Shown here in pieces: positions 1 through 8,844 of a stretch of 64,000 bases of DNA. Made by a program: the position numbers and the translations under genes. Where the stretch lies: positions 448,001 through 512,000 of the forward strand of contig CAWHAA010000008.1 of the NCBI GenBank assembly GCA_963827275.1, read 5' to 3'. The DNA is from an uncultured Spirochaetota bacterium (GTDB taxonomy: Bacteria; Spirochaetota; UBA4802; UBA5550). The stretch's first letter is position 1; each line of letters begins with the position of its first letter. The notes under the pieces were generated by a model, which saw nothing but the letters and a program-made list of their open reading frames with translations, did no database searches and was not told the DNA's origin.

Positions 1-786
1 CCAGGCGGTGATCAGGACCTGCTGCCGCCTGAGCTGGGAACCGTAGAGGTCCCAGTAGGAGCAGAGTTCGAGCACTATGAAAAACCCGCACAGGACCTGG
101 AGACAATAATAAAGATATTCCTGCTCTGCGGGCCTTTTGATCGAAAAAAACAGGTACATGATGAAAAGGATCACCCCCAGCGCCATGATCATGAAGACCA
201 GCTCCACCACGAGAAACCGCGCTGCCATTCCGCTCCCGCTCCAGTCGTTGATGCCGGTCACCGCAAGTGTCCCCATGACGTCCCCGAACAGGAAATAGGA
301 GACCCGCACTGCGACGACATTCTCTTCTCCGGGCCGGATGAATCTTCCGCTTATCCGGTAATAGCGCGGATGGTTCCACATGGAATGGGCATGGGGCAGG
401 AACCCCCCCATGCCCCCGATCCTGACGCCGTTAAAGTAGGTCTCGTCGGCGTTGGCGATCCTTCCCAGTACCAGCCCCAGGTCTTCACCGGGCCGGACGC
501 CGTTCAGGCGGACTTTTTTTCTGAGCCAGAGAACGCCGCCGATTTTTTCCGACCTGCCGTACACGTAGGACATGAGGTTCGACGGAAGGGTGATGGCGTC
601 CCACCCGGAATCATTGAAACCGGCGGCGGCATACCGCGGGTCGTCGTCCGGTGATATTTTCCAGACGCCTTCCAGGGACACGCGCGTGCCGCCCCCGTCC
701 TCCCGGCCGGGCATGCCGCGGAAGGCCATGGAAATGACGAAAATGCAGCAGCCGATGACCAGATACAATAGGGTCCTGAGTATCAT
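1..786 (-). CDS. Membrane-anchored sensor regulator, N-terminal part (runs off window); paralog of 6788-8557
   Basis: Not in the ORF track. Manual translation from ATG 786 (GGAGG at 791-795) is open to base 1: MILRTLLYLVIGCC...RVSLEGVWK...LWLRKKV...DLGLVLGRIANADETYFNG...HSMWNHPRYY...YCLQVLC...YWDLYGS. This is colinear with the 589-aa protein. An AraC C-terminus is inferred, not seen. Confidence 0.85.
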   Translation of the reverse strand, partial: MILRTLLYLVIGCCIFVISMAFRGMPGREDGGGTRVSLEGVWKISPDDDPRYAAAGFNDSGWDAITLPSNLMSYVYGRSEKIGGVLWLRKKVRLNGVRPGEDLGLVLGRIANADETYFNGVRIGGMGGFLPHAHSMWNHPRYYRISGRFIRPGEENVVAVRVSYFLFGDVMGTLAVTGINDWSGSGMAARFLVVELVFMIMALGVILFIMYLFFSIKRPAEQEYLYYCLQVLCGFFIVLELCSYWDLYGSQLRRQQVLITAW

Positions 787-821
787 AGTTCCTCCGCCAT
801 TGAAAGGGCCGCTCACCGGCT

Positions 822-1811
822 TTATGCCTGGCCCGTATATTCGCCGAGCAGCCGCATCCCTTCGTCGAATGTTATTTCAGGCACGTAGTCAAAATCGTTG
901 CGGGCGGCGCTTATATCGAACCAGTGGGATGTCGACAGCTCGCGCGCGAGGAACCGCGTCACCAGCGGCTCCCCGTCGATGCGGAACAACCGGTACAGCG
1001 ATTCCAGCACCCAGCCCCCGGCATAGGCGATGCCGGCCGGGATGCGACGCCTGACCGGCGGGAGGCCGTACGCGCACAGCACGCGGTCCAGCACCTCCCC
1101 GATGGGCCGCGGGTCGCCATTAGATATGAAATAGGCCTTTCCCGCGAGGGGCGAACCGGGGGAGAGCCGGTCGGCGGCCTTCAGGTGGGCCTGCGCCGCA
1201 TTGTCGATATACACGATATCGATCCTGTTGTCGCCGGTCCCGACGATCCGCAACCTGCCCGCACGCGCCTTTTCCACGATGCGCGGGACAAGGTTGTTGT
1301 CCCCGGGCCCCCATATCAGGTGCGGCCGGAGCGCAACGGTGGACAGGACGCCGTCATTGGCGGAGAGGACCATGCGCTCGGCTATGGCCTTTGTCCGCGG
1401 GTAGCTGGCCTCGAAGCGGCTGGCGTAGGGGACGCTTTCATCGACGCCCTCCATGTCCCCGCCGTTAAAAACGACGCTGGGAGACGAGGTATACACGAGA
1501 CGCCGGACGCCCTCCAGCAGGCAGGCGTTAATGACGTTCCTGGTGCCCTCAACGTTGGCGCGGTAATAGTCGTCATAGGACCCCCAGGGTCCGGCCTTGG
1601 CGCCGACATGGAACACGGTGTCGCATCCCTCGACCGCCCGGATCACGTCATGGTCATTGCACAGGTCGCCCTGGACGTGGCGCACCCCCATCTCCTCCAG
1701 CGCGGGGTACCGGCCGCGCGAAAAACTCGTCACGCCGTCCCCGCGCCCGACAAGGTGGCGCACGATGGCGCCGCCCAGGAACCCTCCGCCTCCGGTGACA
1801 AGGGCCCTCAT
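822..1811 (-). CDS. oleD: OleD-type 2-alkyl-3-oxoalkanoate reductase (3-beta-HSD/extended SDR)
   Basis: TGGGGFLG, VYTSSPSVVF, YPRTK (YxxxK), LRPHLIWGPGD; ATGA overlap with the upstream oleBC. Confidence 0.85.
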   Translation of the reverse strand: MRALVTGGGGFLGGAIVRHLVGRGDGVTSFSRGRYPALEEMGVRHVQGDLCNDHDVIRAVEGCDTVFHVGAKAGPWGSYDDYYRANVEGTRNVINACLLEGVRRLVYTSSPSVVFNGGDMEGVDESVPYASRFEASYPRTKAIAERMVLSANDGVLSTVALRPHLIWGPGDNNLVPRIVEKARAGRLRIVGTGDNRIDIVYIDNAAQAHLKAADRLSPGSPLAGKAYFISNGDPRPIGEVLDRVLCAYGLPPVRRRIPAGIAYAGGWVLESLYRLFRIDGEPLVTRFLARELSTSHWFDISAARNDFDYVPEITFDEGMRLLGEYTGQA

Positions 1812-4444
1812 GACAGCCTCCGCGCGGCCCAGACGGCCAGTTTTTCCCGCAGGATTTTCGCGTTGTGCCTGATATCGACCGGGAATCGGTGATGGTAGAG
1901 CACGTGCGCGATAGGTTTCGTATGATCAAACTGGCGCGCCATTTCCAGGAGCTCGGCCGTGATCAGCTTTCTCTGGTGCCGTCCGCCCGGCGCGTTTTTT
2001 TCCAGCTCGATGCAGATGACCGGGACCGTGGCGCCTTTGATCCTGACCCCCACAAGCGCGCTGCGGTTCACGGCCGGATGGTTGTTGAAGATCGCCTCGC
2101 AGGGGAGCGTAAAGAACGTCCTCCCGGTGGTTTCAACCCGATGGCTCTTGCGCCCGCACATCCAGAGCCTGCCCTGTTCGTCCAGATATCCCACATCGCC
2201 CATGCGGTGCCATATGCCGCCGTCTTCCGGATCCCTGATCTTCGCAAGGGCGGTCTGCACAGGGCGGCGGTAGTATTCCCTGGTCACCACGGGCCCCTTG
2301 ACGGCGATTTCGCCAATCGTGCCGACCGGCTGCCTGAGTGAATCCGACCATGTGGTGACCGGTTCCTCGGAGATGGGAATGATGGCGACCGACATGTCCC
2401 TGACGGGATGGCCGACGCACACCCCACCTCCGCGTTCAGTGCGGCTCTTTGTCTCGCCGAGCAGGACGCTGCTTCCTATCACCGTTACCGGCAGGGCCTC
2501 GGTGGCCCCGTACGGGGTGAATATCTGCACGCCGGGCGCGAGCACTTTTGATAACCGGCTGATCGACGACATCCGCGCCGGCGCGCCCGCGGAAAAGACC
2601 CGCCGCAGGGTGGGCAGCTTGATACGCTTCTCCTCGCAATAGCGTCCGATTTTTTCCACCAGCGCCGGCGAGCAGAACATGTTGGTGCACTGGAAGTCGT
2701 TGATGGCCGTAATTAATTTTTTCGGATCGGCATCGGCGGGCCTGGTGGCATCCATGTCGGGCAGTATCGCCGGCACGCCGCACGCCGGGCCGAAAAGGGC
2801 AAAGGGCGGGAAGGTGGAAAGATCGATGTCATCGTCCTTCAGGTCGAGTATCTCTTTCAGGATGTCCAGCTGGGAAGAGAATATTCCGCTGGTATAGACG
2901 ACGCCCTTGGGGATGCCCGTGTTGCCGCTGGTAAAAGCGAGCATGACCATGTCGCCGGGGCGCGGCTTCTCGGTCATGATATAGTTCTCCGGCGATCCCA
3001 GCTCCCTGATGCGCCTGAGGGTGAACCCACCCCACAGGAATCGTCTCCCCGCGGTGACCTTGATCCTGACGGTGCGCCGCGCCCAGCCCAGGAGCACGCG
3101 TGCGAAATGGGCCTTCGGTATGCCGATGAACGCCTCCGGTTCGGCCTCTTCAATGCATTTCTTCAGGTTGCGGACCCCCATGCCCGGATCGACCAGGACC
3201 GGGATCGCACCGATCTTGAGTATCGCTGACAGGATGGCGAAGAAGTCAAGGCCGGGCGTAACCATCAGCACCGTGAGCATGCCCCTGGTAATTCCCGCCT
3301 TTTCAAGGCCGTGCGCGATGCGGTTGCTCTCCCGGTCGATTCCCGCGTAGGTCATGGTTTCATACCTGCCTTTTCCGTCGGATCCGATGCCGCGCATGTG
3401 CGCCACCACCAGGCTGTCAGGCTTGCGGGCCACGATCTGCATCAGGCGCTCCGCAAGGTCCATATATCCCGCCGTCTCGTTTTTCCGTTCCGCCGCGTGC
3501 ATGGCGGGAGGTTCGCAAAAGGGTATCCTGGTATCAATGAAGTTCTCGATGATGGGGATGATCTCCTCCCTCGCGTCTTCAAGGACGTAGTGGCCGGCGT
3601 CCTCGAAGCGGTGCACGCTGGCGCCGGGGAAATGCCGCACCCATTCGCCCAGCATCTTTTTGCAGAAGATGAAATCCTTCATCCCCCAGCAGAGGAGCAG
3701 CGGCTTGTCGCGGAGCAGCTTCAGCTTCGATTCCATGAGCAGGCCCATGTCGTACCCCGGGTCCCCCGGTTTCACGGGGATGTCCTGGATGAAGCGGTGC
3801 ACGGCGATCCGGTCTTTCCAGGAGCCGTAGGGAAAGAGCAGCCCGCGCGCCACGTCCTTCGGCATGCGGTTCCGCTTCATGCCGATGACAATGGCCCCGC
3901 GCGCGAACACGTTGAGTCCCCTGATAAACAAGTCGCTTCCCAGGGGGATGCGCGCAGAAAACAGGGCAAAGGGGAGCCGTTTTGTCACCGGCCAGATGAA
4001 TCCCGCCGTGTTCATCATCACCATCCCGGCGATCCGGTCCGGATTGAGCGACGCATAGGCGGTGCCGATGATGCCCCCCCAGTCATGCCCCACCAGGACG
4101 AAGCGCTTCAGCCCGAGGTGGTCGACGAGGGCCCCCAGGTCCTCCATCCGCCTGGTGGCGGTGTAGGGGTACCGGTCGTCACCCGGTTTTTCGCTCAGCC
4201 CCATCCCGATATGGTCAGGGACGATCACCCGGTATTTTTTCCTCAGGGCCAGGACCAGGTCTCGATAATAAAATGACCAGGTCGGATTGCCGTGCACCAT
4301 CACGACCGGAAAGCCTTCGCCTTCATCGAGATAGTGATACATTAAGCCGCCGCAATTGAAGAAATTGCTCCTGAATGGATAGAGGCCCGATGGGAAGCCC
4401 TCGGTGTATGTCTGCTCGTGCTGCGATACTGCTGATCTGTTCAT
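1808..4444 (-). CDS. oleBC: OleB-OleC fusion: beta-lactone decarboxylase (haloalkane dehalogenase fold) plus beta-lactone synthetase (ANL ligase)
   Basis: N-terminal HGNPTWSFYYR, GHDWGG, WGMKD, DAGHYVLED; C-terminal DPGMG, FTSGNTGIPKG, FPPFALF, YGATEALPV, HRMGDVG, FPVDIRHNAKI. Confidence 0.85.
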   Translation of the reverse strand: MNRSAVSQHEQTYTEGFPSGLYPFRSNFFNCGGLMYHYLDEGEGFPVVMVHGNPTWSFYYRDLVLALRKKYRVIVPDHIGMGLSEKPGDDRYPYTATRRMEDLGALVDHLGLKRFVLVGHDWGGIIGTAYASLNPDRIAGMVMMNTAGFIWPVTKRLPFALFSARIPLGSDLFIRGLNVFARGAIVIGMKRNRMPKDVARGLLFPYGSWKDRIAVHRFIQDIPVKPGDPGYDMGLLMESKLKLLRDKPLLLCWGMKDFIFCKKMLGEWVRHFPGASVHRFEDAGHYVLEDAREEIIPIIENFIDTRIPFCEPPAMHAAERKNETAGYMDLAERLMQIVARKPDSLVVAHMRGIGSDGKGRYETMTYAGIDRESNRIAHGLEKAGITRGMLTVLMVTPGLDFFAILSAILKIGAIPVLVDPGMGVRNLKKCIEEAEPEAFIGIPKAHFARVLLGWARRTVRIKVTAGRRFLWGGFTLRRIRELGSPENYIMTEKPRPGDMVMLAFTSGNTGIPKGVVYTSGIFSSQLDILKEILDLKDDDIDLSTFPPFALFGPACGVPAILPDMDATRPADADPKKLITAINDFQCTNMFCSPALVEKIGRYCEEKRIKLPTLRRVFSAGAPARMSSISRLSKVLAPGVQIFTPYGATEALPVTVIGSSVLLGETKSRTERGGGVCVGHPVRDMSVAIIPISEEPVTTWSDSLRQPVGTIGEIAVKGPVVTREYYRRPVQTALAKIRDPEDGGIWHRMGDVGYLDEQGRLWMCGRKSHRVETTGRTFFTLPCEAIFNNHPAVNRSALVGVRIKGATVPVICIELEKNAPGGRHQRKLITAELLEMARQFDHTKPIAHVLYHHRFPVDIRHNAKILREKLAVWAARRLS

Positions 4445-4484
4445 GTCATCCTCCCGTTAATTAATGTTGATGGAGTGCGGCATA

Positions 4485-5378
4485 TTACGCCACATAGGCG
4501 GCGCACGCGGATGAAAGCCCGGACCCCGCCGCCACGAACAGGACCTGGTCATACTTCTTGACAAGCCCTTCGGCCGCAATGGTATGGAATCCCAGGCTGA
4601 GGCACGATGTATGGGTATCGCCGAATTGCTCGTGGATTTCTACGGGCCGGGACTTCCCGTTCAGGCCCGAGGCCTTGTATATTTTGCCGGCCATCCCTTT
4701 CCCCTGCTGGGTCGTCACCAGGAATTTCACTCCCGAGGGATCGATGTTGGCGGACCGTATGTATTCCCTGGCGGTCTCCGCCGCCATATCGCCGAGCTGC
4801 TCAAGGTAATCGTCCTCCGTAATAAAAATCATGGACGACCTGCCGCTCGTCCCGTAGTGATCGGTGTCGGCATAGGCGGAGAAACCGCCTGACCCGTTGC
4901 CTGCCGTCCGGTAGATGACGTCGCGAAACCCCCTGCTGCCGTCCGGGTCATAGGAGAGGAGGACCGCCGCCCCCATGTGCCGGAACGGAAACGATCCGTC
5001 AGAATGCTTTGACGGGTGAACATCGCTGGAAAGTATCAGGACGTTCTTTGCCGTCCCGCAGCGCAGAGAGGCGTCGGCAACCTGCACCGCGTTGAGGAAT
5101 CCGCATGCGCCGTTGAGCAGGTCAAAGGAGAAGGTGTGCGTCCCTATGCTGCCGCTGCACGGGTCATTGTTGAGGCCCAGCCGTTTCTGCACGAGAGGGG
5201 CGATGGCCGGCTCCATGATGTTGTCGTCCCGATACACGCCGATATTGATCAGCAGGTCCACCTTTCCCGGCTCCACGCCCGCCATTTCGATGCAGCGCTC
5301 TCCTGCCGTGACTGACAGCTCTATTGAGCTGTCGACTGAATCCATGCATACCGCTGAGCCTGTTATGATTGTTCCCAT
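4485..5378 (-). CDS. KAS-III/OleA-fold protein with degenerate catalytic triad (LstB/NltB/PqsB-like partner subunit)
   Basis: Keeps GVYRDDNIMEPA (Glu56). Has DLLNGACGF (Ala at the nucleophile register), LVTTQ in place of IIPHQ, and FGDTHTS in place of FGNTST. Confidence 0.8.
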   Translation of the reverse strand: MGTIITGSAVCMDSVDSSIELSVTAGERCIEMAGVEPGKVDLLINIGVYRDDNIMEPAIAPLVQKRLGLNNDPCSGSIGTHTFSFDLLNGACGFLNAVQVADASLRCGTAKNVLILSSDVHPSKHSDGSFPFRHMGAAVLLSYDPDGSRGFRDVIYRTAGNGSGGFSAYADTDHYGTSGRSSMIFITEDDYLEQLGDMAAETAREYIRSANIDPSGVKFLVTTQQGKGMAGKIYKASGLNGKSRPVEIHEQFGDTHTSCLSLGFHTIAAEGLVKKYDQVLFVAAGSGLSSACAAYVA

Positions 5379-5390
5379 ACCTTTTTCTCC

Positions 5391-6437
5391 TTATTGTATT
5401 TGTATTTCCTGGATCTGTATACCGCCGATGCGCGCGAGCACAAACCCGACCACGATGCCCGACGCAAGGGCGATGAAGAGCACCCTCGATCCTTTTTTTA
5501 TTTTTCCCTGTTTGATATAATCATTGAGCACGACGAAATGCGACGTGGTGGACGTATTGCCGAATTTATCCAGGCTTATGCAGATTTCCGGTGAAACCTC
5601 AAAGTGCTGTTGGCACAGGTCCAGGGCCGAATGGATGGCCCTGCTGGAAGTCTGGTGCGGAATTATGAAATCGATATCCCGGGGCGAAATGCCGTGTTTT
5701 TTCATGATGTATCCCATGAGGTATGGCAGCCGCTGGATCACCTCCTTGTGGATTGCCATGGCGTCGGTATACATGGCCACCCCGGAATTTTCGCTGCTTG
5801 GCATACCGAAGCAGAGCTCGGCAAATTCCGACATGGTCATGAACTCTACCATCTCGATTCCTTCCGTATCCTCCGTCGCCCGGTCAAGTATATACGCGGC
5901 GCCTGAATCCCCCACGGTGAGGGAGGCAAACTGGCGGTCGACGGGCTCCCGTATCTCCTTGACGGCCGTCTCCGTAATGGGTGTAATACATTCCCCGCTT
6001 ACCACCATCCCGGTCCGGACCTGCCCGGACCGGATCATGTTGTCCAGAATAAAAAGCCCCGTGAGCATGCCGGCGCAGGCATTGGTTATGTCAAAGTTAA
6101 GGGCCCCGGGCCTGAGTCCCAGGTCGCTCTTGAGGCCTTTGCTCAGGGCAGGCTCCATGTAGAAGGAGAGGCCGTTTTTAAACCGCGTAATCGATGAACA
6201 GATGATAACGTCAAGGTCCCCGGCGCTATACCGGGATGAGTCCAGGCATTTGCGCGCTGCGGCAAGGGCGATCGAATACGAGTCCTCGTTTTCGTCCCTC
6301 CACCGCCGGTACTGGATGCCGGTCAGCTTTTCCAGGTCGAATACCGGCCTGTTCTTCATCCTCGCCACCAATTCCTGGGTTGAGACCGTCTGGCTGGGAA
6401 GATACACGCCCAGGCTTTCAAATCTTGTCTGCATCAT
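5391..6437 (-). CDS. KAS-III/OleA-family thiolase, catalytic subunit (LstA/NltA-like)
   Basis: MEPALS, FDITNACAGM (Cys), VVSGE, SLTVGDSGAA, IPHQTS (His), FGNTST (Asn); start moved to ATG 6437 behind a GGGGG RBS-like run. Confidence 0.85.
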   Translation of the reverse strand: MMQTRFESLGVYLPSQTVSTQELVARMKNRPVFDLEKLTGIQYRRWRDENEDSYSIALAAARKCLDSSRYSAGDLDVIICSSITRFKNGLSFYMEPALSKGLKSDLGLRPGALNFDITNACAGMLTGLFILDNMIRSGQVRTGMVVSGECITPITETAVKEIREPVDRQFASLTVGDSGAAYILDRATEDTEGIEMVEFMTMSEFAELCFGMPSSENSGVAMYTDAMAIHKEVIQRLPYLMGYIMKKHGISPRDIDFIIPHQTSSRAIHSALDLCQQHFEVSPEICISLDKFGNTSTTSHFVVLNDYIKQGKIKKGSRVLFIALASGIVVGFVLARIGGIQIQEIQIQ

Positions 6438-6543
6438 ACTGTACCCCCGCTGCCTCTTTGCCGCTTCTCCTGCACTGGTGTATGGCGGCACTGCCGGATC
6501 CGGCACGTCTTAAAAAACCGACCCGTCAGTTTATTAAGCCTGA

Positions 6544-6572
6544 ATGTACACTACCGCGCAGGGATTGTCCGG
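6544..6572 (-). promoter_or_regulatory. Candidate activator-dependent sigma70 promoter of the ole-like operon
   Basis: Minus strand CGGACA-N17-TACATT; the weak -35 overlaps the proximal repeat unit. Confidence 0.35.
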
Positions 6573-6696
6573 CCAAATAATGATTAATTGGATTGTGTCC
6601 GTGGCCAGTTACTGATTAATCTGATAATGACCGATACCATATAACGATTAATCAGCGAATGACCGGTTCCGAACAACGATGGATCAGCGGATGGCC
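6564..6696. repeat. Four degenerate direct repeats with exact 32-bp period
   Basis: GATTAAT at 6582, 6614, 6646 and GATGGAT at 6678; TG(T/A/G)CC at 6596, 6628, 6660, 6692. Confidence 0.75.
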
Positions 6697-6787
6697 TGCA
6701 GCGAGTGCGGGGTTCAGCAGCGCTGCAACATTTTTGGAGACAGGTGCCTCCATGCGGGGAGGGAGACCGGCAGCGGCCGGGGGATTT

Positions 6788-8557
6788 TCAGCTTTCTTCA
6801 ATTGCGGTTTTCGTTGAAAAGGTGACGGGCGCCTGGTCCCGCGGCGTGCTGTTTTTTCTGTATTCTTCCGGGGTCATCTTCATTATTTTTCTGAACACCC
6901 GGTTGAATGTCCTCAGGCTGTCAAAACCCGCTTCAAAGGCTATGGTGATAATGGTCGCATCTGATTCAAGAAGCTTCCTGGTGGCGGCATTGATCCTGAG
7001 TTCGTTGATGTAATCGCCGATGCGCATGTTCGCGTATATTTTAAAAAAGCGGCCAAGGGTGTCGGGATGTATGTCAACCATGGCGGCAAGTCCCTCGCGG
7101 GAGATGTCCTCGGTGAAATTTTCCCTGATGTACCTGAGCACCTGCTCAATCCTCTCGTCCGCGCGATCGATGATCGCGGCGGGAGCGGTGCTGCGCCTCG
7201 CGTCGCATGACTGTTCCAGACGCTCTTTCAGCATGGTATTTTGCGCGACAAAGCTCTCGACGCTGGAAGCAAGGATCCTCATCTCTCCCATGACGCGGTA
7301 ATAACTGGAGACCAGGCTCATGGTTATGGCGAACAGCAGCGGCAGCGAACCGAAGTGGGCAATCATGTAACCGGGGATTATCCATCCATAGTCAATCCGG
7401 GCGAAGCGCATGAAGCTGAGCAGCCCGTCGTGGATACATCCTATAAGGAATATGATATCGAATAGCGTGAAATAAAGCGGGCACCTTCGTTTTTTTACCA
7501 GCATGACGAGATTGATGGTAAGATTGTACAGCCCGAGGCTCAGAGTGGCGGCGATGAAGAGGATGCCGATTGTCCTGAGATTGTTTTCGTTAATAAAAAA
7601 CAGGGCAAGCGCTGCCGATGCCATAAAAAAGTAGAAACCGAAATACCTCTCGACTTTCTCACGCTTGAGATGGTAGAGCCGGTGCAGAAACTTCTGGTGC
7701 AGGACGGTAATGCCCCCCCACGCCAGTCCCAGCACCAGATATCTGGTGAGCAGGCTGCCGTACATGTCCCAATAATTACACCCGTCCAGGATAATCAAAA
7801 ACATACAGCAGAGCTGGAGACAGTAGAAGAGGGAATCCCGGGAGTTGTGGCCTTTTACCATGAAATAGAGGAATGCCAGGAAACAGGGGATCCCGGCCGC
7901 GATGAACAAATAGGGAAGTATGATCAAGAAAAAATTACTCAGGACCCTGCTCTGCTCCCACTCGGTCATGTTCGTGAGGCCCAGCGTGCCCTGGACCTCC
8001 CCGCTCAGATTATATGACAGCCGCACCGCAATGACATTGGCGCCTCCGAAGCGAATGACGGACCTGGGCACCTGGTAATGGCGGGGATGGTTCCACATGG
8101 AGTGTTCCGCCGGCGGGAAGTCTCCCAGCCCGCCGATCTTTTCGCCGTTAAAGAAGACTTCATCCGCGTGGGCTATCCGCCCGAGGATCAGGCCGATGTC
8201 TTCCCGGGGAACGGCGCTGTCGATAAAAACGGTTTTTCTCAGCCACAGAATGCCGGCATTTCCGCCGCCGCTCCTGTCTATTGTCGGCATCAGGTTGCCG
8301 GGAAGATCCACCGCTGTCCATGTTGAATCGTCATAATCAGGAGCGGCATATGCCTGCACATCTTTATTGCGCATCTTCCATGGGCCTGCCAGGCTGACTC
8401 GTGTTGCTACGGATGTTACCTGTACCTGGTCCCGGGATTCTGAAAGAGGATACGCAGGATTCGACGCGAAGTGAAAGAAGATACACAGCGCGAGAATAGC
8501 GACAGCCTGGTAACGTCGATCATGTAAGTTACGACTGAATACTTTAAATTTTCCCAT
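6788..8557 (-). CDS. One-component membrane regulator: extracytoplasmic beta-galactosidase-type jelly-roll domain, about 7 TM helices, AraC HTH
   Basis: N-terminal hydrophobic segment, SLAGPWK...DYDDSTW...LWLRK...ADEVFFNGEKIG, multiple TMs, and C-terminal YINELRI...IAFEAGFDSLRTFNRVFRKIMKMTPEEYR. Confidence 0.88.
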   Translation of the reverse strand: MGKFKVFSRNLHDRRYQAVAILALCIFFHFASNPAYPLSESRDQVQVTSVATRVSLAGPWKMRNKDVQAYAAPDYDDSTWTAVDLPGNLMPTIDRSGGGNAGILWLRKTVFIDSAVPREDIGLILGRIAHADEVFFNGEKIGGLGDFPPAEHSMWNHPRHYQVPRSVIRFGGANVIAVRLSYNLSGEVQGTLGLTNMTEWEQSRVLSNFFLIILPYLFIAAGIPCFLAFLYFMVKGHNSRDSLFYCLQLCCMFLIILDGCNYWDMYGSLLTRYLVLGLAWGGITVLHQKFLHRLYHLKREKVERYFGFYFFMASAALALFFINENNLRTIGILFIAATLSLGLYNLTINLVMLVKKRRCPLYFTLFDIIFLIGCIHDGLLSFMRFARIDYGWIIPGYMIAHFGSLPLLFAITMSLVSSYYRVMGEMRILASSVESFVAQNTMLKERLEQSCDARRSTAPAAIIDRADERIEQVLRYIRENFTEDISREGLAAMVDIHPDTLGRFFKIYANMRIGDYINELRINAATRKLLESDATIITIAFEAGFDSLRTFNRVFRKIMKMTPEEYRKNSTPRDQAPVTFSTKTAIEES

Positions 8558-8844
8558 ACAAGTAATTATAATAAATTAAATATTTTTATATTTTATTTTT
8601 TATATGGGATGGCGGTATGTCTTTTACCGACCAGCCGGCCGGTTTGTTATATTAATACACTAATTCGTCTGATAATGTCTGGCCACTTTCAGAAACATCT
8701 GAAACTGGCCATTTACAATATTTGTACTCAGATTCAAAAGCCTGATATTGTTACATATTCAATACTCTACTTCACCATGGGGGGCAGGTGGGGCGCCTGA
8801 GGAAGCGGAGATACATGACGAGTTATGAAGTGGTATGCAGCGGT

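Noticed and set aside
370..1054. Plus-strand ORFs 370-654 and 572-1054
   Set aside because: They overlap the minus-strand sensor gene and oleD, which have strong motif support
3500..4444. True haloalkane dehalogenase
   Set aside because: Fusion to OleC and the oleD/thiolase context indicate OleB
6564..6696. Degenerate mini-CRISPR
   Set aside because: A 32-bp period is too short for repeat plus spacer, and similarity extends across the whole unit
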